NCBI GenBank assembly: GCA_037379345.1
Contig: CM074513.1
Span: 14,260,001-14,324,000, forward strand
Direction of reading: 5' to 3'
Length of the DNA stretch: 64,000 nucleotides
From: Perna viridis
Taxonomy: Eukaryota
Positions within the stretch are counted from its first letter, which is position 1. The number at the start of each line of letters is the position of its first letter. Positions 14,701 through 28,816 of this stretch are shown here, in pieces. The notes beneath the pieces are model-generated. The model was not told where the DNA came from. It saw only the letters and a program-made list of their open reading frames with translations, and did not search any database. The translations under genes were made by a program, and so were the position numbers.

Positions 14701-16744
14701 AAATTTATAAAAAATAATACTTTGAGCTTTTAAAAAACTTGTACCTTAAAAGCTTTAATCTTGGATGTAACTTATTGAATCATTCATACTGTCAAGTTTT
14801 CAACAAGTCTTACAATAGATATTCAACGTGGCGCGTATTAGTAACCGTGTTTACAAGTTAAGTTCAAAGTATTGTCACGCATGCAATTGAAAGAATCCAT
14901 TTACATAGGCAATGTATCCGCTTAGTCTTGAGTAAATGCATTTTAAACATGATTGTAGAAATTTAAGTGTTGAAATTGTGACAAACTTACAGCGAAATTA
15001 CAAATAATAGTCACAAATTGAAAAACATCGTCTGGGTTCTTCAGAGAAGTTCAAGTGCATATGGTGTCATATGATAATGGAAGTTAGTGAGTGCGTGGAA
15101 AACCAAGGCAATTTTATCTTTTCGACGAAACTCTCAAAACCTTTGAATTTTTATATATATATGTAAGGTAATGCTTCAGTTCTGTAGAAATGCTATTGGA
15201 TAGTTTTTTGAAGTCATAACTATATTGAATTGTATATATCATATATATTATGTTTCATGTGCCCACGTGAAATCAAACATGCAATTCATTAATACACCCA
15301 TAACTTCCGTTGAAATGACAGATTTCAAAGGAAGCAAAAGAAGCCTCGTTTCAACAAAACGGAAGTGGTCGTCCAGAAAAAAAAATTACTTGAAGACCAC
15401 TGATCAATAGAAAAAATACCACTTTAGAAGAAAAGATCATCCTTTTATACCAAAAGACAAGTCAACGATTATAATTACAATAAATTTACATGTTACCTAA
15501 AACAAACAAGAGTTGTTACACTTTGTATTTTGAGTTTTATTTTATTGTTTGGTATACAAAAATTCACCTAATATTTCAATGTTTCACATTTTTTTTCAAC
15601 GGCCGTGCTTCGGGCGGACGTTAATCAAATTTGATACACAATTTGTCAAAGGAAAATATAATGGAATCAATTCGAGAGACATCATAATAAATGGTTTCTA
15701 GAAAACACCATTTGTAGTAAGAAAGGAAAAAAAAAGAGATCTTCTAGTAAATGGCGAGCTTAAGCCCAACATTAAGCTTTTTAGATAGAAATACTCATAT
15801 TCAACAACTGAAAATAAAATACATTTGTTTTATTGATTCAAGTATGAACATACGAGTACGGCGAGGGGTTAAATTTTCAAATAAAAAAGGGGAGGATCAA
15901 GCCCATAATTGGCCAAATTTTTGCCAACAAACAACCAAAAATTAACTACATGTTAAAAAAGTACTATCTTTTAACAAGTATTATCTTTAAAAAAGATAGA
16001 GGTAGTAAAATATTCTTCTTTTTATTTCTAAGTTTCTACATTTCTTCCAGGAAAATAACACATGCAACGCAATTACAAATTTTCGATACATTTTTTTCGA
16101 ACGCCACTATGTTACATGTATCAGTATTTGGCCAATCGGGAAACAGAATGCGATCAGGTGACTTGCGCTTCCATAGAAGGGCGTCCTTAAGGTCAAAGGA
16201 TAAAAAGCGAAACTACAACGACTGCGCTGGAAAAAGATAGCCGACTCATAATCTAGCTTTGTTAATAGCAAATCGGATTAAGAATTTATTTGGTGAACTG
16301 TGTGATCAGTGTACTATGTTTCGTATTTCAAATATTTTATTAATTCAACACGTAAATTATTTCCAATAATTCAATATATAAAAGATTACTCAATATAATT
16401 ACAAAAGTGATCGAAAATATTCCGGACACCAATGCCCAAATTGATCCTTAAATGTCACAGTTGCTACCACATATGTCCTATGAAATGCGAGGTTGTAAGC
16501 TATATCGGTTAGGTTGCTATGGTGAAGCATCATGAATGTCACGTGATGTGAAAGCGAACTCAATAACGACTGCGTCGGACAAACGAGAAAGGGGTTTCAA
16601 ATAAACACGTTAAGAGTGTCAAGAAGAAATACATCAGTATTAAATCGACTTTGGAATTGACCTTAGAATTACACTCCTTGAGACGTTTACGTTTCCCATT
16701 TTAGCGTTCGTGCATCGTTTATCGTGCGTTTACACATCCTTTTG

Positions 16745-17271
16745 TCTGTCTGTCTGTCTGTCTGTTGGGGTTTAACGTCCGAGCAGCAACATTTCAGCTA
16801 TATTTAGACGATGAACATGAAATTGATGATAAAATGAACATGAAATGATGAGGAAATGAAAAAGGGATGGGACACAAGGACAATGGGATCGACAAATTTT
16901 GATTGCCACTGGAAATAGGGGGAGGTGAGTAGGGTCGGGCAATTAAGCCTACTGTGGCGGAGCCCTATGGTTCCTACTCCGGGAGAATACCACAGTAGGG
17001 TTCTTTAACGTGCGAGGAATGTGGCATCTTGCCCAGCACGGTGCACCACTATGGTTTGCGGTCAGGTTTTCCGTATTATAGCCTGACAACCCCAGCATGT
17101 AACACGCCAGGGGTACCCCATTCAACCACCTGGGGCACACATCCCAGTTGCTCTGTGGGCAGAGCGCCCTAGCCCCTGGCTAGGGTTCTGAGCACTATTT
17201 AGTCGCCTTTTACGACAAGCTTAGCGCTGCTGCAGGCCTATTCTTTAAACACCCGGACCTGCACGGGGCCG
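16745..17271 (-). mobile_element. Non-autonomous non-LTR retroelement (SINE-like) with no tRNA head
   Basis: 10-bp TSD CATCCTTTTG (16735-16744 and 17272-17281). (CAGA)n 3' tail preceded by AATATAGCTGAAATGTTGCTG..GACGTTAAACC. Central GCACGTTAAAGAACCC resembles a Deu/Nin-type SINE core. Confidence 0.8.
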
Positions 17272-20200
17272 CATCCTTTTGCGTTCGTTTAAACGCAAAT
17301 TAAACGCACGCTAGGAGCGTCCGATTAAAAGCACGATAGAAGTGTTCGTTTAAACGCACGCTGGGAGCATTCGCTTAAACACAATGCAGAAGCGTTCGTT
17401 TATTTTTGTACTTTGATTATTTCCTTGATTTAGCTGTTATTTTTATATTTTTTGCTATCATCAATTCATATAATTTCATTAATTTTATTTCCTATTTTTT
17501 CTGTCTTCATTATATGTCAATATTATTATTTTTGTCGTTCGTCTATCGTGACGTTTCTAGGAGTGTAGAAAGCAGGCGAAGGACTACTGTATTCATGTAG
17601 ATGGACAGGAAAAAAACGTGTTGGGGACCATAGTTCGTCTGCTCTACTACTGTTTATTTATATGCAATTTAGATTAAAATACCATACCTTGAAAAGTTCA
17701 AAAGTATTCAATCACCTGCTTCATGATATCTAATTTAACATGCCAAGTACAGTTTATCAGACTTGTTTTGCAATGCTTAAAGTACATAATGCATGTTTTA
17801 TTGTTGACACATTTTACCACATTTAAAACAATTGTAATTAATTTGATTAATTAAGTTTCCTATCAGTCATCATCAAAGTCTACTAGACTAGTGTTTTTTA
17901 ATCATCAAGTGACGTCATCTATTGTAGTACCTATATTATAAAGCAATGTACGGAAGCACGTGAGTGACAGATCTTGACCCCTAGTCTTTTGCCGATTGTC
18001 GTAAAATAATAATATTGTCAAATAAGACAACCGAAAAACACCTGATAATATTTTTTTCTTACCTGGTAACACCTGTTATATGCTTTTTGGCTTTGTGGTT
18101 TTCAACAATCTGCGGTTTGTAACGTACTTGAGTTGAATGGTCAGGACGCTATATTTTATGACGAATTGTATAAGGTAAAAACAGCGAGTGTAGACAAAAA
18201 CATTATCATTTACCGATCGAGCTGAGCAAGGCACGAAATTTCATTCAAGAAAAATACATATTTTTGCCGTTAGGATTTTTCTGGGGGTAACATTTTTGGA
18301 CAATCAAGAATTCATGCAAAGAGAAAAAACAACAACAACAAAAACAATTGAAATAAAAAGAAACTCACCTTTTCCACAATTTTATAAAAAAAAAAGAGTC
18401 ATCACCCCACTTGTCCCCTGCACCCCTTTGAATTAGTTGCATACAACAATATAGGTTTGAAAGTATTTTTTTTTTTTACAAAAAATACTTCGTTTAGTCT
18501 TTTAAACCCACCAACACTGATACAAATCGGAGACGGGTGCAAACAGGAAAAGGAGTTAAGTGCCGAGATACGACAAGTGTTTACTACAATTTGAATTTTA
18601 TTTGATCCAATTAAAATCCCATTCATAAAATACGACACTTGTAGTACTTTCTTGAATTACGTCTTATGTTTTGTTTACCAAGTTGTTGAGCATATCGAGG
18701 ACGGGCAAATTGTTGAGACGACAGATTTCGTTTGATAGTACGAGTGTAAGATAAGCCAACGAGACCGTTGAGAACATTGTATTTTGGTTTTATCAATAGG
18801 TATTCAGTAATTAAAGCTTACTCAGTCATTGCATATAGTTTTGTTCTCATTCTCCCTTTCGGCCTACTTTTATACACTGAAAGCTCTATTAGACTTAAAA
18901 TTGAAACGGAGAAATTGTTAAAAATTGTGACGAAAAAAAAAACAGCAAAAGGCAGTTTACAGGCCTTTATGAATCTATATTAGACTTTAATATACAATGT
19001 AGTGTGTCCAGTGTGGTAGCATGAACTGAAAAAAAAATATGGGAACAGAAATATGGCAATTTAGCCCTTCACATGTGCTGGACGTACCATGGACACTCAA
19101 ATTTGTCAGATTGTTTTAGTATACCTAGTATATGCACTTGAAGGCAATTGAAGTTATTTGCAATGTTTATTATCTATGATATGGTTTGTCAAACAGGAAT
19201 ACAGAGGCTCTCGAAAGGGGCAGAGAGGCAATGATCTCTGAGGCCCCTTGGTCGGATCCAGACTTTGAAATGAGGGGGTGCCAGTCGGGGTTCCTCTTAA
19301 AAAGGGGGTGCTAGGACACTTTTTCCTTTTTTTTACACATGAAATGACAAATTTTCCAATAAAAGAGACGGGTGCCAACCCCCTGCACCCCTGGATCCGT
19401 CACTGGGCTCTTCCACTTTTTACTAATAAGGACATTGGTATCTTTTTACACCAATTAGGTGCTATTACTATACAAAGGAGTATAGGGTCAGACCTTGGAC
19501 CAATTTTGCATCAAGTAAGAAATCAGTTCATTTTATCAGACAATATTTAGTATTACTGGAATAGATTATCCTACGAATCGATGAGCAACTGGTTCCCATT
19601 TGCAGGTTCCTTTCAGAAGTATCAACTTTCTATAGTAATATAGTATTCTGTAATCATAAACGGTTTTCTAGTTTCTATTGCAGTGCATTCAAAAGGATCA
19701 AATTGATGAGACTTACAAGCCCTAGATGTAACATGTAAGAATGATTCCAAGTCATAAAATTGCTTGCCAGCAAACTTATACAGCAATACTGGAGTTGGAG
19801 AACTTGAAACACTACTTCAAATGCACTCAGTGGTTGTCTCATAGACCTATTTCTAACTTATTATACCATCTTTTCACTATCGTGTTTACATAATGTTGAG
19901 AACATTTGTATCACGCTAATATCAGGTTGTCGAGGGTATTATTAGTATAGCATCAAAATAAAATACGATAGTGATTGAGAACTTAATGTTTGGATTTTGT
20001 CAATGAATGAATAGTAACAAGATTTACCTATTGCTACTAATGCCGTAACCAGTCAATGGTTTGACCCAGTTTTTTTTTCTGCTTTGAGCTGTGAGTTGAA
20101 CTGAACGCCTAAATCGAAAACTAATAAATATGATTTTGTGGGTTAACCAAAGACACTACTTAATATACCAACAAACCGGATTAACCCTACAATTGTTTAG

Positions 20201-21679
20201 AAAGGCTTTGATTTTTTTATCGTGACAAGGATATAGCATGTTTCCTCTCTGTACAAATCACCCGGTTTATTTTTAGTTTTTGCAGTTGAAATACTTGGTA
20301 ATAATCTAATTTCAGATGTAACACGTTTTAGGTGTTAAAAAAAAAATAACAAAAAATAATAAAAAAAAATGTCCATTATCTCATAGACCAAATTTTGTAA
20401 TGTGACTGTGACGTCATCAACCTTTAATACACATGTAAAATTAAATTATAAAGAATGACTTATATTTTTCGGTCTATTTGAAATAACCTCAATGCTCGTG
20501 GTGCAGATTTGAAAATAACTTGCTACATGTACATGTATTAATATCTACTGTGCACCACATGATAGTTAATATTTTTTCTCTGATATATATGTAGACAATT
20601 TCCTAACACATTGATTAAGATAATTTTATAACGATAGTCTTAAGAGAGTTTTGTTGGGCAACTTAAGGATATAGACCTAGGGTAAGGTACTCTTAAAAAT
20701 CATTGGAACGTTTGTATTCGACACTATACATCAATCTCATGTAAACATCAAAGCAACTTTGATTGATTTCACTCTGTTTCAAATGAAAGCTTGATAAGCC
20801 TTGGTGAATTGAAAATGATACAAGCGCATCACTGATTTCAAGAGTTGTGTCCCTTACCCTTAGGATCTCATTCCCAAAAGGGCTTGCTTACTGTTCTGAT
20901 CTGTTTATACTTTTTTTCTAAAATCGATACAAAAGGTCGTGGGTTCAAAATACTGGTACATGTACATTTGTACCACCAAATTTATGCGTGTCTGGATCCG
21001 CCATGTGCAGTTGGGTACAGTCTATGTTCTTTACCTTTTTCAGCAGCAGCCGGTGTTACAAAAAATATTTGAAATTATACATTGATAAGTAATGGGGGAA
21101 ATATTAAATCGTATTTTTTTCTGTCCAAAGCTGAGTAAAATAATATTGAGCTCAAATTTCTAATAACTTTTTTTTTTCAAAATAATCCCAGCCCAACCCA
21201 TCTCCTTCGTCAGTATAAAAATCGACGGTGCCGTAGAGTCCAGCAATTTCTCCGATTTAAATTTCTGATACTGTGTGTATGCCGTCCTCCTTACATTCCC
21301 ACGTGACATTTCTTATCGGTCACCTGACGAGTGTTTATCATACAGTTGCTCATGATTCATTTTGCAAAAGCGAGGAAAAAAATAAGTTAAAACAAACGAA
21401 AAAAATATTAAAAAGCCCAACAATATGTACTTTTTGATGTATTTAATGTAGTGATTATATTCTTATCTTTTCCCTTTTCTCGCTTTTTTCCTGTTTTTTT
21501 TTTTATCATCCCATATTTTTTCTGTTTTTCTGTGTATAATTATATTCGTGTAAAGTGCACTATGTGTAATGTGAGTCGCCAACATGAAGTTCAGTTTATT
21601 CTAAAACTGGCACTTTTTTTTTAAATACAGTAGTGTAACCATTTACACAGGGATATCATTATGACATATAATAATTGAA

Positions 21680-21790
21680 TGAATGGATAGATAGATAAAG
21701 GAAGAATGAATGAATAAATAAATAAATAAATAAATAGATTAATGAATGAATAGATAAATAAATAAAAAATAAATAAATAAATAAACATAA
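21680..21790. repeat. (AAAT/GAAT/AGAT)n microsatellite
   Basis: Degenerate tetranucleotide array seen directly. Confidence 0.9.
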
Positions 21791-23659
21791 TGCATAAGTA
21801 CATGTCAATTACATGTAATGTGTAAGATTTTATTTATCATATTTATTAAAATTTGCAGTATTACACATTTCAAAATACCTAGAACACTGATGCTGCATGC
21901 CATATATTGCACATGTTACAACTACCGATAGTTTTGGTTTTGAGTACTTCTTGTATACAAATAATCTTCCAAACGTATACAGCATATCGAAATTTGTATT
22001 ATATATATATATGATTGGTATTTTTTTTATTTTACATGCAATGCAAATAAAATGATTGTTTAAATTTTGTTCTGACAAAATATACAAATACATAACCGTC
22101 TCACTACTTAAGGGACGTACTGTCTGATTTCGAGCTTAAGAGACAAGGAAACATTCAAACTGAAAAACGAAAGTGCTATTTCCGTTGCGTCTTAACCGAG
22201 TTGCAATTTTCATTCATATCTGATATGCAGTACTATCACACAAATTTAGAAGCGTAAATCAATAGATTATCGAATAACGACCATTTACAGCACTAAAGTA
22301 TGCAATATTTTCTCTGTTAATAGTCAAAGATTGTAAATTAATTGTCAACAAGTTTGAAGTGTTCCTGACTAAACATATATAGATTATGCTTAAGTAGTTT
22401 CTATTTTGAAATATCATTCCCGCCAAATTTGTTTCTTTGCAGACGACTCCACACCCACCAGAGCTTCCGGTTAATCGCGGAAATCGTGACAATTCTTTTC
22501 TCTCGATACTTAAAGAGGTAAACAGGGTTTCATCAAGCTTCCTGTCAATATTTCGACATAAGTTAATAGTTTCGTTACTATAAGCTAATTAACTTGCAAT
22601 GTGCCTATGCTAGACGAAACATTGAATTGTCTAAAACATCATCGTGTAATTGGTTTGGTAAATACAGACTTACTATATATAAAACTCATCACTGACTTCT
22701 ATTTCAAGATTTTAGTTAATTGAATTCTTTTGTCGATTGGTTAGAGGATTGCTAATGTCTATTTTAGGGTTGTAGAGAAAGCAAACCCGTGTCATTCAAC
22801 CATAAATCAACAAATATAGTAATAAATGGAAGAAAGCTGGCGACAAGGAAAGGCAGAACCCATTGAACTCATTAATAAGCTATCTTGGTTCGTTGTGGAG
22901 CTTTATTTTTATCTTAGCCAATATCGGGATAAAATGATGTTACAAGTGCTAACCAAACGAACGTAACTCCTAATACAAATGTTGCCGCGATTCCTTACAA
23001 ACATTCGTGATTTTTGTCCCTTCTAAAGGTATCATGTATTTTTAGACAACATGATGGACATAAGCAATTGCATGCATGTGCACATTCAAACCAACAAACA
23101 AACACTTTAGGGGAATATTAACGACGATGATTGAGTTTCACATTCTTTCTCTCTTGTTTTTGTTAAAACTGACAAAAACGACTTAATTTGCTATAAATGC
23201 ACGTAAATACTTCTGGCGCACCGTCGGCAGTATTGAAAACCAAAGGGCAGTCATACATGTATTATTTAACCCATGTAGCATTCTTACCTACGAAGATTTA
23301 AGGATGTTTTAGCTTAGTTGTAAATAATTCAAAGGAACTGACTAGGATTACTCGAAGAAAAATATAGAGTACTCGGAAGACTAACACACATAGTCTAACT
23401 CCGGGGACGATCTGGTCATCTTCTGAGAAATCATAATAGTTGCCATTTTTAGTGACAAAAATATGACGTTTTTATGTAACGTTTTTAATAATATGAAAAG
23501 TGCTGTTTTTCTAATTCATAGGATAATACATGTATTTCATTCCTTTATCATTTTTAATCATGCTCACTCACTGCACGAGATTGAACAGCGGGAAACTTGG
23601 TCGGGAAACAACATTTGACCCATCAAAGTTCATCTGAGAAACAAATATATGAAAGAGGG

Positions 23660-23765
23660 CTACATGAATGTACCACAATGTCATACTACATGAATGTACC
23701 ACAATGTCAGACTACATGAATGTACCGCAATGTCAGACTACATGAATTTACTGCAATGTCAGACT
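23660..23765. repeat. 26-bp minisatellite, 4 copies
   Basis: CTACATGAATGTACCACAATGTCAGA units head to tail, no spacers. Confidence 0.9.
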
Positions 23766-25838
23766 TTAATCAGTTCTTACATTATACTTTTAAAAAGTAC
23801 CACAAATAACCAGTTCACCTAGGTATGACATTTTTATGAAAAATGAATGGCACTTTCAATTTTTATAAAGACGGAAACAGATGTTCAAAGCTCAAATAAA
23901 AAAGGCCATGGATAAATATCTGCAGTAGTTGAAGTCATCACTACAAAAATTTTAAGGTCGTCACACTCGTGGAACGTTACGGTGTATACATGATAACCCA
24001 TTTGTTCATCGTGTCATACAGTCTGTAGTTTTCCTATCATACTTCATCTACCCCAGGACGTAACATTTTATGAGCATCTCGGTGGGTGTTTCTAGACAAG
24101 CAGAGGACGTTACACTTCCTGTGTACCTTGTCCATGCTCCGAGTTTTTAGAGGATTCCGGGTTGCTCATTTACAATTGTATTTTTTGTTTCTAAGTGCAT
24201 GGGTGTTATTTTATTTATTCTATGTTTTGTGTGTGTGAGTTTTTTTTGTCGGGTCGTTGTCCCTGGTTTTTTGTTCTTACTGTTTAACGTTATAATCCTG
24301 GCGTGGATTTCACAAAAAGTCGTAAGTGTAAAGTTGATCGTAAGTGATGACGTCACAAACCTAAAATAGTATTGTGACGATTTTTTGTGAAAAGGACTGC
24401 TGGTTCTCTTGATTTCCCTTTATATTTTCTTCGGTCTTTGAGGAAAATAACCTTGTTCTGATTGATGCAATACATTGCCTGATACTGGTTACAAAGCAAA
24501 AACGTACCCACATTCCGACTCCTATGACCTAATGGAGTTAAATTTATTTTTATTTTGAACTCCCTATTTCAGTGTGAAAATGATTAACTATTCTTAAAAG
24601 CACTGGTTCAATATGGCGTACTTTCATTCTTGATTATGACGCCGTACACATAAACATACAGATGGTTTGGCTAATTACATGTAAATATTATACCCTCTTC
24701 AATAATTGCATGGCATTTTTTAGTGCCTTGTCATGAACGTTGTAGATATTTCCTTTCATTTACGTTTTAGAAAGTAACATCTGGTTAATTGCTGATAATT
24801 TGAGACAGGTGCAGCAGGAACATAAAAGTTAAAGGACGAAAAAGTTGTGGGACGAATTGGTAATGATATAATTATTTACATGTACTTTCTTTTTAACTTT
24901 CGGCTTTTCGGGATGGTTTAATGATATATGTCGTTTACAAGCTCAAATTAGTAAATTATTTACCATAACAATCTCCTTTACAGAGGATAATAGCTTAACA
25001 CCTCTGCCACACTCAGTTTAAAACCTCACCCATTTATGCAACCTAGTATGGAAACAGCTTTACAAAATTACAATAAGCAGTTCTCATGCTCTGTGATTTT
25101 TTCCCCACATCCTGTATAGCACAGCCTATAACCTAGCGGAGTGATACATTGTAAATCAGGAAGCGGTTATAGGTCTGCGGAGGAAATTGGTTGCTTAATC
25201 CCGACGTGTTTATTTGGTCACACGAACACCCTTTATCATTTTGAAATATAAACAAGAGATCAAAGCTGTTCAAATTTTTTTTATAAATAACGCGTCATGT
25301 TTCGGTTTCCAGTTAGCTCCTTTTTTTTCTTTTTTTTATAACTTATGTGAATTCTACAATTAAAGTTAATCCTCTTTCATTCATATTCACCATTCATTGA
25401 TATCAGACCTAATAACAGTTGACAAATGTCAACGTTTCGAGTCGTTTCTCATTCTTATCACCATAATACAGGAAATCTTTGAGGATTATATTGACCAATT
25501 ACGACTTGTATTGGTTCCTTTCAACAGGAAATCGTGGGAGGAAAATGGTCTGATTGAGACAATCACGTGTTCAATTACCAGACATTCTAATCCTACAATT
25601 ATACGACCGTAAATACTCGGCCATTTTCGCAACACCAACAGATTCGGAAGAATGCGATTCATGAAATGCAGTGAGACTTAATATCTTATTTGATTCTGTG
25701 AAGTGTTTGATGTGGAATTTATTTAGTTAACTATAGATTATTATGAATGAAAACTTCAACGAAGACAGTCTTTGATTTAATATTCTATTGAAAAAGTTCT
25801 AAGCAAATCCAGTGATGCGGATGATATAGTGAACATGA

Positions 25839-25960
25839 CATGTTAAAATCTGTATCATATGCTTATCAACCCTTGACCTATATCACTCCGCGACCGGTGG
25901 CCCTTGGGGTGATACAGGAGTCTCGGGATGATACAGCATGTAATACAGATTTTGACATGT
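25839..25960. mobile_element. Palindromic foldback element (possibly Crypton-type, non-autonomous)
   Basis: CATGTTAAAATCTGTATCATATGC..TATCA.CCC ... GGGATGATACAGCATGTAATACAGATTTTGACATG imperfect inverted arms. Confidence 0.5.
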
Positions 25961-27558
25961 AATATTCAGTGTATATGGCTGATGTATCGATATTACAATC
26001 TAGTGAATACAAGAAAGTTCGTCGTTCCTCGTCCTCTCCTAAATGCTACAAGATCATGCACGTACAAGAGTAACTATTTATAGATACAATTAGAAGATAC
26101 TTATATTTATTTAGTTGAGTTTTTGTATTTTTCACAGTCCAAAAAACCTTGGCTCGCTTTGAGAAATCAACTCATTTATAACTGACCGTTAAGATAAAAA
26201 TTGGTGCTGATGCACTCAGAACGTACACGTTATTACGGCGTGAGTATAAATGAACGAATCTTGCCGAATATAAGATTGTTTCCTTTGAACAAAAAGTTAA
26301 GTGTAAGTGTTTGTAAGAATCAGGCAAATGGGAAAAATCAGGAACATGCATGTCAAAACTCCACCGATCTGACAATGTACTATCACTGTAGGATACTTTC
26401 TCTTTTTGAAAAGACTATTATTTGATCTCTGCATCACTGGCTTTGGTTTTTCAATAGAATGTTAGAAAAATGAGGTTTTTGACAGAGTTATCTGCCCTTG
26501 AAATGTTCATTTTCAGTGCATGTCAATGAAATTGTAACTCAAATGTCCAGCATGAAATGGCAAATATTGTTTTTTTTCTTGATTCTGATGGAGCAAATAG
26601 CCAAATTACACTTTCAAATTGATAGGTTTTTTTCATACCATGTTTCACCCACTGCCTGATTCTCACACAGACCGACACTTTAAAACTAGCCAGTGATAAT
26701 TTCCAATATATTTTATTGCATACTTTCGTGAAAATGCATATGAACGGTACAGTACCTTTATACATAAGAAACTGGTATGCAGAATGTGAACCACCATCTA
26801 TTCAAAATAATTGAAAATCAGAAAGTTCAAGTCGATCAGTAGAGAGACATTGTTATTTTCATTCACGTGAATAATTTAATTTTATATTTTGTATCTTGAT
26901 TTTGGAATAACACATCATTTCACCAATTATGAATATGATTACTTGCATAAATCGGCTTCTGACAGACCATTTTTCTTTTGTTAGAAAAGCTACTCCTTGT
27001 CTTAGGTGCAAACTTGGTAAAGTACTTACTTCCGGTCAACTTCTACCACTATCCCACATTTTCAATACATGGAATACTGTACTATTTTGTGGTCACATTG
27101 ATATGATGAATAATGTATGTATTTTTAATACTGTAACAACAGAAGTTAAGTTTTAACAGGAACAATGATTGAAAAAGTATTAGTATCTCAATCACCTTTT
27201 CTGTCTGTCTGTTCGTTTTTCCATATCATTGCGATGAATTTTTATGTATGTTGGAACTATCATATATAAGAACAAAAATTGTATGCAATCTCTTGCTGAA
27301 GTTTGCATGGTATGAGTAATCAAGAAAACTCAGATTCGAGTGAAAATCAAAAGAACACACAGGGAAAACAACAACAAAGAACACGAAATAACCAAAATAG
27401 CACATACAAAGATACAAAAACTCGCAATTTACCAAAATTGGAAGCATGGACCAGCTTTTTTCGTTTGTCGAACTTCGCCGAAGTGACCTCTAGTGGAACT
27501 CGGGTTGCCAGTGAAGCCAACATAGCCGACAACGTTACAGGCAGTACATCCTAGCTTT

Positions 27559-28816
27559 GCCAGCACTCCACAGTTTATACTCGGCGTCACATAAATAATA
27601 TACTGTTAAAATTTGAATAAAAATATTTTCTACGACTTTATTGACACCTACCATCGTTTAAATTGTCTTAAATGACTTGCTCATTCGTATAGCCAAACGG
27701 CTTCTCCCTAAACAAGTCGCTTATTACCTTAAATCATGCGTAACAAATCCTTACGGGAAAATCACATACTAATATCCGCCATGTTGGTTTCTACGGGACG
27801 ATTTGTTTACAAACGAAGTTCGTAAGTTCCCGTCGAACTCCGGTGACAATCGTCTGCTTGATCAACTTCTCGGTATTGTACGTTGTTCGCGTAAAATAAA
27901 TCCGAGATATCCGAAATAACGCCGAAATGCATTCTGGGTTTTCTTTTTGACAAACCATTTAAACGTAAACAACATCTCCTAGCAACCCGATCACTGTAAA
28001 CATGGCCGACTTTTTACAATGTAAAATATTGGCACCGAGAATTAAAATCTGACCGGAATTTAACGATTCAATGTTTAGGGAGAAGCCGTTTGGCTAAACG
28101 AATGAGCAAGTCATTTAAGACAATTTAAACGAGGTAGGTGTCAATAAAGTCGTAGAAAATATTTTTATTCAAATTTTAACAGTATGTGATTTATGTGACG
28201 CCAAGTATAGTTTAGTTTCGCACTTTTGGCCAGGGATGAAAAATGACATAAATGGAAACCGGTGGTTGCTATAGTGATTAAAAATGAAGAATCTATTGTT
28301 GATAAAACATTTTCAGAAAAAAAGGGGACTTTTAAAAGTATTGTGCAATGTTTTATATATTTTCAATGTTGAAGGGGCTTTTTTTCAATGACAATTTTAC
28401 TTCATTGTGAAAGTGAAAGTAAGTCAATTTTTCACCATGCTAAATTTAATAAGCGGATTACAAAGTGAAATATCTCAAAATCTAACCGGCGATGCCCATA
28501 TGAGGAAGAGGTTTTCGAAGGAAACAGTTTCACAGGATGAAATAAAAATTTCAGATATTTTGCGGGAAATTTGATATTTTTAAACCTGATTTTATGCAAA
28601 TTTTCGCATATTTTACATGGTTTCTATGGTAACCCTATTTGCTGTAGGTATTTTTTTTCCAGAAAATTTTTACTGCATCCTGAAGGCCTTGGCTTGAGCT
28701 ATTTTTAGATATATAGATTTACAGATGCTTGACAATTTTTTAAAGTGATAAATGTTACAAAGCATCAGATTACAAGACCAAAATTAGGCAGTTCTACAAT
28801 ACTGTGGAGTGCTGGC
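27559..28816. mobile_element. Non-autonomous DNA transposon hosting a nested foldback element
   Basis: TIR GCCAGCACTCCACAGT ... ACTGTGGAGTGCTGGC. Confidence 0.65.
27576..28209. mobile_element. Long-TIR non-autonomous DNA transposon (TA target)
   Basis: Near-perfect inverted repeats of ~135 bp: TATACTCGGCGTCACATAAAT...CTTCTCCCTAAACA and TGTTTAGGGAGAAG...ATTTATGTGACGCCAAGTATA. Confidence 0.85.

Noticed and set aside
23660-23765. 26-bp repeat array (and the 22-bp repeats at 39700) as CRISPR
   Set aside because: Units are contiguous with no unique spacers, there are no cas genes, and the context is eukaryotic.
25600-26430. Possible transposase or recombinase exon remnants around the palindrome
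   Set aside because: No motif could be read with confidence.
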